Assembly: GCF_037042905.1 (NCBI RefSeq) | Contig: NC_087250.1 | Span: forward strand, 26,662,001 to 26,726,000 | Direction: 5' to 3' | DNA from: Lytechinus pictus | Taxonomy: Eukaryota | Length of the DNA: 64,000 nucleotides | Shown here: positions 27,685-40,812 of the stretch, one piece after another | Layout of the letters: each line of letters starts with the position of its first letter | How positions within the stretch are numbered: position 1 is the first letter of the stretch | Translations under genes and position numbers: made by a program | The notes under the pieces: model-generated | What the model was told of the DNA's origin: nothing | Seen by the model: only the letters and a program-made list of their open reading frames with translations | The model's database searches: none

Positions 27685-27903
27685 CTACAAAAAAGATAAA
27701 TTGACGAATTGATAAAAGCAGGCATGTATCGAGCATGTCACAATACAGTATTACACATGATATTTGAATGCAGGAGCAGTGAAATGCAGCTCGAGCCATA
27801 GCCGGGGTAATAATGATAATAAAAGCGCGCCTTGGAATGATATATTTCTAGATAGATAGCGCTATATAAATGCCTAAGCAGATTCATAATCCGATTGCAA
27901 TGG

Positions 27904-30900
27904 TAGTCAGGTCCAGATTTGAGAAAAGTAGACTGCCTTAGGCAAATCGTGTTAATGCTGAATTGAGAAGTGTTTTAGCATAATTCGAGGGCGCTGAGTC
28001 CAAATTTGCTGTTTGCCAACCTTGATTTTGATGTTAAAATCCTCAAATTGGCAAAAACAATATGGCCGCAATTCTACACCCATTTTTACTCTATTCTGAC
28101 CCCCAAAACTTGTAACAAAAATGTTTGTCAACGATTTTTGGTACTATTTGATCTCAGGAATAACATACTAAAAATCCATCGAAATCCGGATCCGGGAAAG
28201 TGGTTATTTTTAAGATGGCGTCTAAGATGGCCGCCATCAACTGAAAATTAAAATAACCGGCATTTTTCTACCCTAGACACCTTTTTTTCGGTGCATACAT
28301 GTATTCAATGGTGTAGGGGATGAAAGGAAAGAGTGAACATATGCACTCCATGGTACCTGAAAATCAAAGATTGCGTAAAAATGGCTGCCATGGCCTAAAA
28401 ATTCACAATTCATCTATTACCTATTTTAGTGTCTTTTATTTCGGTTTTATTCATTGGTGATTTTCAAGGGTCAAGAAGTAAACTGGGACAAGTTATAAGG
28501 ACAGTCAACGGTCCACTATTTCCAAAAATCCAAGATGGCTTTCAAAATTGGAGTCTAAAATAGCTGTTGTTATCTAAAAACCCTAAAACCCGACATAGTT
28601 TGTTTAATATCTGCCTTGGGGTATGATGTTGGTGCCTAACCTATCATTTAATGGGTCAAGAAATACGTTGGGACAAGTAACAAAGATAGTCTATGGTCCT
28701 CCATGTCCAAAAATCCAAGATTGTTTGCAAAAATGGAGTATAAAATGTGTGTCGTTAATTACAAACCGACATAGTTTGTTTAATAATCGCCTGGAGAATA
28801 TGATGTTTTAGTATAAAGCATGGTTTAAAGGGTCAAGTATTAGATTGGGACAAGTTACAAGGACAGTTAGTGGTTCCAGTATGTCCAAAAATCAATAATG
28901 GCTCCAAAAAATGGAGTCTATATAGGCCGTTCTTACCGAAAAAGTGACATAGTTTGTTTAATATCAGCCTGGGGTATATGATTTGGTGTTGTAACCCATG
29001 GTTTAAAGGGTCAAGTAATAAATTAGGACAAGTTACATGGACAGCCAGAGGTCCAGCATGTCCAGGAATTCAAAAAGACTTCCAAAATTGGAGTCTAAAA
29101 TGGCTATTGTTACCCAAAAACTGACATAGTTTGTTTAATATCCGCCTGGGGTGTATGATTATGTTGTCTAAACCTTGGTTTAAATGGTCAAGTAATACAT
29201 TAGGATAAGTTACAAGGGCAATCAATGGTCCCGTATGTCTAAAAATCAAAGATGGCTTCCAATTAAGGAGTCTAAAATGGCAGAGCTATACTTAAAAATT
29301 GACATAATCTATTTAGAATCCATCCGGGAGATATGATTTTGGTGTCTACACTACGGTTTCAAGGGTTAAATAATACTTTTTTGATTAATTAACATTGGCA
29401 TGAAGCTGCCTATTTTACCTATTATTTAAAGATCGCTTTCAATGAGTCTAAAAGACTTCCGTCACCTAAACATAGTCATAATTAGGTGAACAAAATCTAC
29501 ACTATTGTGGTTCGAAGGCTGAAATAATAAATCGGGACAAATCAAAAGGATGGTCAGTTTTTCTTTTTGTCGTAAAAAGTCCAAATCGACTACTAAAATT
29601 GCGTAAAAATGACTTATGTCCCCTAATCTTGAAACCATAGGATGGTCCTAAGCACATAAATGACATGTCTTGAAATACTTAACAGTGAATTATGGAACTT
29701 TTTAGGCAAAGTGTACCTTAGTTTTAAAGTTTGTTTTTCGGATGTTTGCTTATTGTTGCACCACCATCTAATGATATTATGTCACTAATTCTTGTAAAAC
29801 GTATTTAAAAAGTCTTAAAAACAGAGACACCAAAATAGTGGCACTAGAATGGATATGAAGTATTGTCATTTTTGTATTAATGGTGGCCAATTCAAATGTA
29901 ATTTTTTGAGCTTTCTTCATTATTTTACAAAATGGACAACGTTGTATCCATGTGATTCGTCTTCACCTATATTATTTGAACTTTGAAACCATGAGGAAGA
30001 CACAAAAATGTTTCTAGGTAGATAGTATATGCACTCAGTGCAGCCAGATTTTTAAGAAACAACTATCTTTTAGGCCATCATCATTTTTTTTGCAACACTG
30101 CACCACTGATAAACCTTGAAATTTTTCCATTGTAAGTTTTTCCCTTTGGAACCATGATTTTTTTATATGTTTTATTTTATTCTCGGTAGACCCCAAAGGT
30201 ATTTCTACCAGGTGTATATATTATGAATTTGGACCATTTCAAAGATACAATGTCCAGACGTCCATTATAGACGTCAGTTTGGAAGGTCATCTTGGATTCG
30301 CTGACACACTCACTATCTTGTAAACCTGTCCTGATTCATTATTTGCCTAGAAAGCTTTTTGGTGGTTTTGATTTTGAGGATTCACTTTATTTTTGGAGGT
30401 AATGGTACAACGGCTGCCGTTGTGGACGCCATGCTGGCCTTTTCCATGTAACCTTGACGACCCTTTTTAACTATATTACCTGTCTCAATAGATTTTTAAA
30501 ATCCTAACATGCCTAAGTTTCATGAAAAAGACATCTATACCCTAAAAGTTATGACATTTCAAAAACTTAATCCCGGTTAAGATTTGATGTTGATTTCGCC
30601 GCCGCCATGATCATCGCCGCCGTCGGAAAAGCGACGTCCATATCATGCTTCTGCTGTGCAGGCAAGGAAAAAATGGCGGACACGTTAAAGATATCACAAT
30701 GTGAATATGCCAAAATTATCAAACATTGGCCATATTATTTATCAATCAGCAGCTGTGAATCATGGCAGCCATCTTGGAATTAAAGATGGCTGACGAATCA
30801 ATCGATCGGACACATTATGTTTTCAACCCTGGGTATCGAAAATAACGCGTAGATCCCAATTTCTGAAATACAATCACCCATAAAAATCGTTTAATATGGG

Positions 30901-31092
30901 AAATTGCTTTAAGAATGCCGCCATTTTGTTTTTTGCCGATTTGAGGATGAAAACGTCGGAATCAAGTTTGGCAAACAGCATTTTTGGATTCAGCACCCCT
31001 GAATTACCTTAAAACAATTGATAAATCAGCATTAACACAAAATGCCTAAAGCACTTTTTCTGAGCACATTTTTTAAAATCTGGACCTGACTA
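27904..31092. mobile_element. Academ-like non-autonomous element with an internal tandem array
   Basis: TAGTCAGGTCCAGATTT / AAATCTGGACCTGACTA termini, about 170 bp imperfect TIRs, 3 bp TSD TGG. Confidence 0.8.
28460..29400. repeat. Tandem array, about 178 bp unit, about 5 copies
   Basis: GGGTCAAG..GGACAAGTTACAAGG..TCCAAAAATC..GACATAGTTTGTTTAATA recurs near 28468, 28652, 28830, 29008 and 29186. Confidence 0.85.
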
Positions 31093-32473
31093 TGGTGGTG
31101 ATAATGATAATGAGGATGATTATGAGGTCGATGATGATGATCATGATGGATCATGATATTATATTTGATAAACACATAATTATATTCACAGGCAGGCATC
31201 ATACTTATACAGATAGATTGGTTATGCAGATGAATAAATTTATTGATAGTTAGAAAGACATCCTGTACATAGATCAACAAACATACAAACATTACAAGAA
31301 GTTGAATTAATGAATAGACTGCTATAAAGATAGTTTGTCATCTTATTTTATTCTATTTTTTTTTTGTTGAACGAAAATCACTTACAGATTAACTCCTTGA
31401 TGTCCTTCATAATAATCATGAGAATAAATGTAGACCATGATAATGACAGTCATTGTGATGCAGACAAACTAGAATTGATCTAACCCCTTTTATGTTCACT
31501 TATTAATGGTAAATTCAACTTTTCTTTGTGTCATCTTATTTAGCTATTTAAGTCTATACACTGAGACAAAAAACATAAATTTGATGAAGAGTTGATCTAA
31601 CATCTTTTGCAATTGAGCTCTTCAATTGCTTAGTTTCTACTTATGGAAACAAATATTCAATGCTAAAGATAGTATCTTAAAATAATAATTCAAGTAAATG
31701 AATAGATTTGTAAATGGTTTGTACAGCATACTTAGAAAACTATGGAAAAAATAATGAAAAGGAAATTTACTAATTAGCAAGAAGTCTGATGATCAATATA
31801 TTAATATTTTTTTGACATTTAGCGCAAGCCTTTTTTGAAAACCTGACAGAAATGCTCCTTGTTCGCTCAACCTTAACCAAACATTGTCCTTTCTTCATGG
31901 CATTTGAAAGACAGGACTTTAGATCATCTATTGACAACAAAATATAGACATCATAATTTGAAAAAAAAATGATAAACTTAAAAACTGTCCCATTTTTTTT
32001 TTTTGGGGGGGGATACGCTCTTATTTGAAATCAGACATCATTAACTTGAAGTTACCTTTTTCCAAAGATAGATTCAAATTTTCCTATTATTGGTGCATTA
32101 TGTAGTTCCAGATCCAGTCTCAAATATGTATAATGATGTTGCTTATTTATAATGGTGGCTTTATCTTCAGTATGATTCCTTTTCATTCTCTTATCTCTCC
32201 TCTCCCTCCAGCCCCCCCCCCCACACTCACTCTCTCTCTCTCTCTCTTTCCCCCTCCTCTTTCGTTTTTATACTACGTTCTTAGAGCACCAGGGTTGTAA
32301 TTAAAAACTTTTTTATCAAAAAAACAAATAAAACGTTTTTTTATAAAAAAAAAAAAAAACGTTTTTTATTGTTTTAAAACGTTTTTTTTTTCCAACGAAC
32401 GTATACATTTTCTGTAAATCAATTAAACTATACACTTAATACAGTGCAATTTAAGCGTTTGATTACAGATAAA

Positions 32474-34915
32474 AAGATTTATTAAAAGTTTTAGACAAGA
32501 TCTCTTTATTTTTGATTGGTCATTTCTTTACACATTGACAAATGCAGATGAGTCTTATAATTATTTTTTGTCTATCTTTTCTCGGGTGTATGATATTCAT
32601 TTCCCCATCGTTAAACTGAATAAGAAACGCAAATGTAGAAAACCATGGATTACTAAGAGTCTCTTAAAATCTATTAATCATAAATATAAATTATACTGTA
32701 CGTACATTAAATGTAAAAATGAGAGAAATAAAAAGAAGTATCTTGCTTATAAGAATGCGTTGACAATTCTAGTTCGAAAAAGCAAAAAAGATTATTACGA
32801 CAATGTTTTTAAAAATACACAGAAGGATATTAGGAAGACTTGGACTCACATAAATGAGCTGCTTGGAAGAGGGAAAAGGGATCTTATACCAGATGAAATG
32901 TATCATGGTGAAAATTTACTCACTACAGATCTGCAGAAAGTTGAGTATTTTAATAAATATTTTATTAATTTGCCTGAAAATATCAGTAAAGAAATTCCAG
33001 AAGCCCAAACATCTTTCAAAGATTACATGCCAAGGCAAAATTATGCATCATCTCTATTTCTGAGACCAACATCAGTTTATGAAATCACAAGGTTAGTGTC
33101 ATCATTGAAGGCTTCTAAATCAAGTGGTTCAGATGACATTTCCCCTAAAGTTATCAAAGGTTGCATTCATGTCATTGCTGACCCACTGTGTCATGTTTTC
33201 AATAAGTCAATATCTCAAGGTATTGTTCCCATTAAGTTAAAAATCGCTAAAATCGTTCCTGTCTACAAAAAGAGTGATCGTAAATGCATTGAAAATTATA
33301 GACCAATTGCTTTGTTGCCTATCTTCTCAAAGATCTTAGAGAAAATAATGTACAAAAGATTAAATGATTATTTGCTGCATTATGATATCATGACACCACA
33401 TCAATTTGGCTTCAGGAAAAATTGCTCTACTAGCATGGGTGTATTAAACTTGATTAACACGATTATCACTGCTATGAATGATGGAAAATTTTGCCTTGGT
33501 GCATTCCTTGATTTAAGTAAAGCCTTTGACACCATTGATCACAGTATACTCTTAATTAAACTTGAATATTATGGCATTCGTGGGATGGCTTTAAACTGGT
33601 TTAAAAGCTATCTAGAAAACCGGTCACAATTTGTAGTTATCAATGGTGTCAGCTCAGAATATAGAAATATTAAATTTGGAGTACCGCAAGGATCGGTTCT
33701 TGGTCCGCTGCTTTTCCTAATTTATATTAATGATATTGTTAATTCTTCCAAATTGCTTACATATTCTTTATATGCTGATGACACCTGTTTATTACATTCT
33801 CATAAGAACTTGCAAAGTCTTATTCGGGAGGTAAATACTGAAATTTGTCATGTTTTTGCCTGGTTTTGTTGTAATAAGCTGTTACTGAATACAAGTAAAA
33901 CAAAATGTGTTTTATTTAGAACAAAGGGAAAGAGGGTCTTTGATAATATAGATCCAATAATAGTTGGTGGTCGACAAATTGAATTCAGCTCAAGTGTGCA
34001 ATTTCTTGGTGTCACAGTTGATGAATACTTGTCATGGAATTATCACCTTAATAATGTGTGTTCTAAAGTATCTCGTAATGTTGGTGTGATATCAAAAGTA
34101 AGATATTTCTTACCTCAACGAACATTGGTTTCTTTATATAATGCTCTAATTGTGCCACATTTAATGTATTGCAATATTGCTTGGGGGAATACATATAGGA
34201 CTCATGTACGTAAACTACAAGTTCTTCAAAAGAAAGCTATAAGATATGTAACAAATTCAAATTATCTGGCTCCAAGTTCCCCGCTCTTTTTGCAGTTGAA
34301 TATGTTACCATTTAATGAAATGGTCTCGCTGAATTGTGTTATTTTCATGTATAAATACCAATCCCTGCATTGTTCTTTTTTACAAGAAACTTTTGTGGTT
34401 AATTCTAAGATTCATAATTATAACACACGTCAGAGACATCTTATTCACCAACCTTATGCTAGAATTAATGCTACATTGAAATCCTTCAGAACAATTTGCG
34501 TTAAAGAATGGAATATGTGTCCTGCTGATATAAGAAGTAGCAGTACCCTGTCTCGGTTTAAGAAATTATGTCATAAATACCTACTTGATAAATTTAAGAC
34601 CAGTTGTTAGTTGCACCAGGGGGTGACATGTTTGGAGTGTGAATGTGTGTGTTTGTCTGCGTGAGTGTGTGTATGCTTGCGTGTGGGTAGTGTTCCTGTT
34701 GTGATCTTTAAATACCTTGTATTTTTTTTTCTTCTTTTCATAGTTTTTCCATGTTTGAGTAAAATATCTTATGCAGGGGCCCCTGATTACAAGCTGTGCT
34801 TCTTTGGGGTCCCAAACCTGTCATTTGTTTTAGTTCTTTATAATGTAACCATTTATTTTGTTTGTATTTTGTTCTCCTTTGACTGGTTTGAATAAATTCA
34901 ATTCAATTCAATTCA
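32474..34915 (+). mobile_element. 5'-truncated CR1/L2-group (Crack/Daphne-like) LINE
   Basis: Long RT ORF, then a 3' UTR, AATAAA and an (ATTCA)n tail; possible short TSD ATAAA. Confidence 0.92.
32535..34610 (+). CDS. LINE ORF2 reverse transcriptase (endonuclease lost by truncation)
   Basis: 691 codons without stops; [38 protein letters not shown]. Confidence 0.92.
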   Translation: MTNADESYNYFLSIFSRVYDIHFPIVKLNKKRKCRKPWITKSLLKSINHKYKLYCTYIKCKNERNKKKYLAYKNALTILVRKSKKDYYDNVFKNTQKDIRKTWTHINELLGRGKRDLIPDEMYHGENLLTTDLQKVEYFNKYFINLPENISKEIPEAQTSFKDYMPRQNYASSLFLRPTSVYEITRLVSSLKASKSSGSDDISPKVIKGCIHVIADPLCHVFNKSISQGIVPIKLKIAKIVPVYKKSDRKCIENYRPIALLPIFSKILEKIMYKRLNDYLLHYDIMTPHQFGFRKNCSTSMGVLNLINTIITAMNDGKFCLGAFLDLSKAFDTIDHSILLIKLEYYGIRGMALNWFKSYLENRSQFVVINGVSSEYRNIKFGVPQGSVLGPLLFLIYINDIVNSSKLLTYSLYADDTCLLHSHKNLQSLIREVNTEICHVFAWFCCNKLLLNTSKTKCVLFRTKGKRVFDNIDPIIVGGRQIEFSSSVQFLGVTVDEYLSWNYHLNNVCSKVSRNVGVISKVRYFLPQRTLVSLYNALIVPHLMYCNIAWGNTYRTHVRKLQVLQKKAIRYVTNSNYLAPSSPLFLQLNMLPFNEMVSLNCVIFMYKYQSLHCSFLQETFVVNSKIHNYNTRQRHLIHQPYARINATLKSFRTICVKEWNMCPADIRSSSTLSRFKKLCHKYLLDKFKTSC

Positions 34916-36721
34916 ATAAATACATTTTTGGAGTAAGTACATGTAAGATATAACTACAAGGGGTGAGAAGAAATTTGCACAATGTAAGAAAAGGACATAA
35001 TCTATATAGACTATGGGCTTTCAAAACTTGATTTTATTTAATCAATATGCTTTATTTAATTTCAAGTAATTATAGCAATTTTAGTGCACGAAATACAAGT
35101 TTAGGTTTAAATCTAAAATATAGCCCTTGAACTGCTTATTTCTTTAATTGAGGAATTCTGATCAAAATTTTTTTGAAGGTTTTTTTTTTCAATTTGTTAA
35201 AAATATTTCTTATATATAGTTTTTTGGTTAGTTTTTTTTCATTTTTTCCGGTTTTTTTTAATGGACAATATGGGCAATAATTTTCCAATCATGTAAAATA
35301 TTGATACAGATACAAATGTTGGCGAAAATTTTGCATTGGCTTTATACATGAAAAATCATGTTATTGAGCAATTCTGGGTCTGACATGCACTTGTGTAATA
35401 TAATAATCTAATACCCATGCATGCATCCCCAAAATAGTCTCGAACAATATGGCATAGCCCTGTCGTGCTTTAATATGGATATATCATTTTTTTAGGGGGC
35501 CATTACAATCCCCTGGGATTGTAAGGGTTGAAGGTCAAGTCCATCCCTATAAAATGTTGATTTCAATCAGTAGAGAAAATTCAAACAAGCATAATGCTGA
35601 AAATTTCATCGAAATCAGATATAGAATAAGTTATGACATTTAAAGTTTCGCTTATTTTTTCACAAAACAGTAATAACATCTCAGTGATATGCAAATGAGA
35701 GAGTTGATGATGTCCCTCACTCACTACTTCTTTTGTTTCTTTATTGCTTGAACAAATATAGATTTTAATAGATTCCATAATAATGACCTACTTGACTGAA
35801 CCAAAAGTGTTTTAACAATGGTAGTTCCACATTTTCAGGGAGGAATAAAACTGTATTTCACATGACAATGAGAAAATAATGAAATACAAAATAAATAGTG
35901 AGTGATGTTATCAGTCCCCTCATTTGCATACCGACCAAGATGGGCATTAACTGTTTTGCAAAATTAAGCAAAACTTTAAAATTTCAAAAATTTTAATGAA
36001 AATTTCATTATAAAGTGCGTATCAAAAAAAGTTTACACTTACAAAAAATCCTGTAAAATTATTCATTTGTAATATCCTGAAGATTTTTCCATATTCTAAC
36101 ATTGGTACAGGTCCATTTAAGCAAATGACGACATAACTGTTAAAAATATTTCCGCTTGAGTGAGCACTGTTTACTTTTGAAAAGTTAGTAAAAAATGATT
36201 TGCGCAGAACTTTGAAATAGTTATGCGAATAAAAGTAGACCTTTATCATGAAAAACACGTTGAACTTGGCTAATAAAATTGATTCGTAGATATCTTTTAT
36301 TTTTTAAACTTGTTTCTTTGCCCAAAACACCTCGAAGAGTGCATTGCGCCCCACCCCACTCCCCCTCACACCAAGGCCTTCGTGATGGTATTTGCTTTGC
36401 ACTGAGCTGTGATCCACATGAAATGGCTTATGCTTGATTTTCATTTTGTTTATCACTGTCAAGCTTGGTAAAAGTCTGGAGAAGCAAGTATTAAATGAAA
36501 AATGAAATGTAAACCCACATTAAATGATAAAAACTTAGTGAAACAAATTCTGGAGATGTCTGATATAAACTTTTGGTCAGATTCAGTTATGTGTTCAGAT
36601 CCAGCTGGCACAAAAAGGGTAGAGGTTGTGCTTAATAAGTGATACAATATCAAATTTGGTGGCAAAATTGTTCTAAAATGCTTTAATGTATCTGTTTTAT
36701 TTCAATTGATTAAAAGTGCAA

Positions 36722-39700
36722 TAGTCTAGTCAATCTAGCCAGAATAGGGGGGTAACCCACCACTAATTGCAACACGAGATATTCCACTGAAATGCTTTCC
36801 AGGAAGGTCCCCTGAACAACATACTAAAAGTCCCAAGAAATCCAAGAAGTGGAAATTTATGAAATTTGCATATTATGCAAATTAGCCTTTGAAAATTAGA
36901 AAAAGAAGGGAATTAATCCAAAGATTACAAATTAAATGTCCAAAACAATTTAATTTGAATGGAAATTCATGATAAATAACTGAATTCAATGTTTTTAATC
37001 AGAAGTGCAAAAAATTCTACCTCATTTGCATATTATGCAAATATTAAGCATCCTTATATGGAAAAAAATTCAAGATATTGTGATTTTTCTCATATAGACT
37101 GCTTGAAAACATTTCATTAATGTTGACATTATTATGCTACTACTAGTATCACTAAGCATGAAAATTTATCTCAATGCCTGAAAATTAATTTGCATATTAT
37201 GCAAATTAGCCATTTAAAAAAATAGACAACGAGGAAATTAATCCAAAGATTACAAATTAAATGTCCACAGCGAGTAACTTTGAACAAAAGTTCATGAAAA
37301 AATGAATAAATAAGTTCAATGTCTTTATTTAAAAAAAGCTAGCAAATCTGCCTCATTTGCATATAATGCAAATAAGTATCCGTATATGGAAAATGTCAAG
37401 AAATTTTGATTTTTATCACATTGACTGCAGTGAAAACATTTCAGTTTTTTCAAATTAATATGCTGCTATCACTAAGCATTCGAATCTATCCTAATATGAT
37501 TTATATTCAAGGAAAAATACTGGAAATATGTTCTTCGCTTCCTAAGCCGCGTTGTTAGTCTAACAAGATGATGGGATTGGCAAGAACAAAGCACAGTATT
37601 TGAATTGGTGTGCAGTTTGTTAGAGTTGACAACCCTTTCTTATATGGATGAGACTTAGACTTTCTTGAAATTTCACCGAACAAACATGATAAAGGGAGGC
37701 CAGGAAAAGCAAACCTATGGCAGGTAAGATCTGATGAGTAGTCTCATTAAGAAGTGTAGCAGAGATTCCGTCTGGTTTAGTAGCTATAAGCAGGGTTTTT
37801 TTTCTTTAACAACTTCTTCAGTAAGTCTGGCTACACCTGCCTGACTAAACAAGATATTATCTGGCCATATCTGAGTCAGGACTGTGTCCCAGGACTTTTA
37901 GATCAGCGTCATCATCATCATGATCAGTGGTGAATACTAAGACTAAAAATCTTTGCTTTAATAATGTTATTCCAATGTAGTCATAGCTATTGATATTAAG
38001 GGCTCCCAACATGCTAATTGTTACAGCCTGGATCATTGTCAATCTGGTCAACAAATTATGCATTATAGGCTTGTCTACAAACCCTCTTATGGTCCTCTTT
38101 AATGCACTGTATCAATACTTAGCTTTACCTTACTGATGTAAGGTAAACCTTTAACTTAAACTTTTTAACGTAAACTTTACCTCTAAAATGTGCAAGCCTT
38201 CCTAGCCTTTCTCTAAAACTCTTGACATCTTCCGACACAACCTATGTCCATTTTCTCATTGAGGCAACTTGTGTCGGAAGATGTGGTTAACGGTGTGTTC
38301 TTGTAAAATTCCTTTTGATTGACATTCAGTATCCTATGCCCGACTTGTCGGATTAGAGTACAGAGAGTTGTATGATTGTCCAAAATACATCTGCATGACA
38401 CTTTCAAAGTCAGCATTCCTCCAGAAGAACATCCTTAGTCGTAACATGATTACTAAGGTTTATTCCTCTGGATAACTTCACAGTATACCCATGAGTAACA
38501 CATTGTGGCAAATAAATCCTGGAAGTGGTACACACTGTCTAATCAATGTTGGATGGAATTTGATGGTGATGTTAAGGGTGTTCCATTTTGTTGTGTTTTT
38601 GTTGGAAAGGCAATAATCAGTCCTCCGTCTGGTTTGTCCATTGTATCACTGAGGAATTTCTGTTTACCATAAATATCAGGAAATAAATATTATTATTTGC
38701 ATACGACTTACTTAGAAACTATAGCTTTAATATATGGAGATGGTTGCCATAGGAGATTCATCAAAGAGGAAAGAACAGAAAATGGATGCTTCATCATGAA
38801 GCAGCAACTGGATTCAGCAAGAACGTCTAATCACGATTCCTGTATCTGAGAAAGATGCCTATAATGCATTTTAAGCCTTCATCATTAATTTATGAATGGC
38901 TTTCATGTCGCTCGTATGGGCAAATGCCCATTGTTACTCTTATTAACCATGCCCAGAGATCTTGTGATCCAAGCAATTACTAATATTCACCACCAAGACA
39001 AGTGATGATGATGATGATGGGTTCTTGTAAAGCGCCGGTATCCGCCTCAGCTGGGCGCTCATGGCGCTTGCTCAAAAATAGGAAATATCTCACAAATTTC
39101 AATGTCTTCAAACAGTGCTTATAGGATCATCATTCAGTTCAAGTACTGTCCTAGTAATGCTACAATTGAGTTATTCTTGGGATAATGTTGGAGTGGGGAA
39201 CCGAAAGGTCTTCAGGTAAGACTCAAAAGTTAGTTGTCTCTGCTCTCCTGATAAATTGGGAAATGCTATTCCACAGCTTTGGTCCAGAGATGTAGAGGGT
39301 CTGTCACCCCAGGTTGTGTGGCTGAGAGATTCCCTCAGCAATGCTTGATCTGCTGATCTGAGACTGCGTGTTGGTCAATGTTGATATAAGAGCTCTGATA
39401 TGTAGGGTGGCGATTTATCGTTAAGCGCTTTAAATACAAGGACCCCAAGTTTATAAGCTAAGTGGTGTGCTACAAGGACCAATATCAAAAGCTTCTGGCC
39501 TTTTATTTGTACGGGTGTGACATCTTGTGCTAATCACTTGGCAATCCAGGAACTTGCTAGCGTGGACTATACTCGCAAGAAACGCAGGGTCTCTACAAAG
39601 TCAAGAAGAGAGCAAGACTTGGATGGAAATAATGAAGCATTCAAACAGTGGGATCCATGTAGAATGGACTCATCATTGTACAATATGAGTGGAGTAACTG

Positions 39701-40812
39701 CTCGTGACAAATGTCAATATCAACCAAGCAGGGAGTGTAGCGAAGGTCATCATGGTTAATACACATAATCTACCTGGAATTTTAGAGGAAAGTATCACGT
39801 ATGTGTTTCCTTGAATATGTATAACATATCGGATGCTTATTTGCATAATATGTAAATTATACTTCATATACTAGTACTATATTAAGCTGATTATTAATGT
39901 ACTGTATTTGTCATTCTTAGTGATTTCATCATATTGATCAAGACTGAAATGTTTTCATAACTGTTTTTGTGAGAAAAGTCAAATTGCTGGATTTTTTCCA
40001 TATATAGATGCTCATATGTATAATAAAAATGAGGTAGACTTATTTACGATTTTTTATTTTTTTAAATAAATAAATTTGTAAAACTTATGAGCTTCAGTTC
40101 AATTCGTATTGTTTCCTGCACTTGATGTCCAATATTTGGATTACTTTCCTTATTTGTAATTTATTATATTATGGCTAGTGATTTTCCTAAATGCTTGTAC
40201 ATTTTAGCACTTTTAATATGGTGTTTAGGAAACCTTCTTGTATTGCCATATTCCAATTTCAATAGATAATCTACTTGCAATTTTTTAGGGGGGTATCACC
40301 AGTGTGTTTTCTTGAATATTTATAACATATTAGATACTTTTATTTGCATAATATGCAAATTACACTATAGACACTAAGCTGAATACAAATGTATTCAACA
40401 TCCTTAGTGATAGCAGCATGTAAATTTCAACATCAATGAAATTTTCAAGCAGTTAATGAAAGAAAATCAAATACCTTGTCATTTTCCGTATAAGGATGCT
40501 TATTTGCTTATTATGCAAATGAGGTAGATTTTTTGCACTTTTGATTAAAAACATTGAATACAGTTATTTATCATGAAGTTTCGCTCAAATTAAATTTGTT
40601 TTGGACACTCAATTTGTAATCTTTGGGCTATTTTCCTTATTTTTCTAACTTTTTATGGCTAATTTGCATAATATGCAAATTTAATAAATTTCTACTGCTT
40701 GGATTTCTTGGGACTTTTAGTATGTTGTTTAGGGAACCTTCCTTGAAAACATTGCAGTGGAATATCTCGTGTTGCAATTAGTGGTGGGTCAAACCCTATA
40801 TTGACTGGACTA
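36722..40812. mobile_element. Academ-like element with about 430 bp TIRs and decayed internal sequence
   Basis: TAGTCTAGTCAAT / ATTGACTGGACTA termini and 3 bp TSD CAA; removing it restores AAAAGTGCAAGGGAAA. Long inverted arms 36745-37170 and 40390-40800. Confidence 0.78.
39004..39470 (-). mobile_element. L2-clade LINE 3' fragment
   Basis: Minus strand reads YKLGVLVFKALNDKSPPYISELL..PTRSLRS..WGDR, typical of an L2 ORF2 C-terminus, and ends in a (CAT)n tail. Confidence 0.75.

Noticed and set aside
37500..38640. Possible Academ transposase coding remnant on the minus strand
   Set aside because: Composition looks coding, but it is too decayed to show a diagnostic motif; not called as a CDS.
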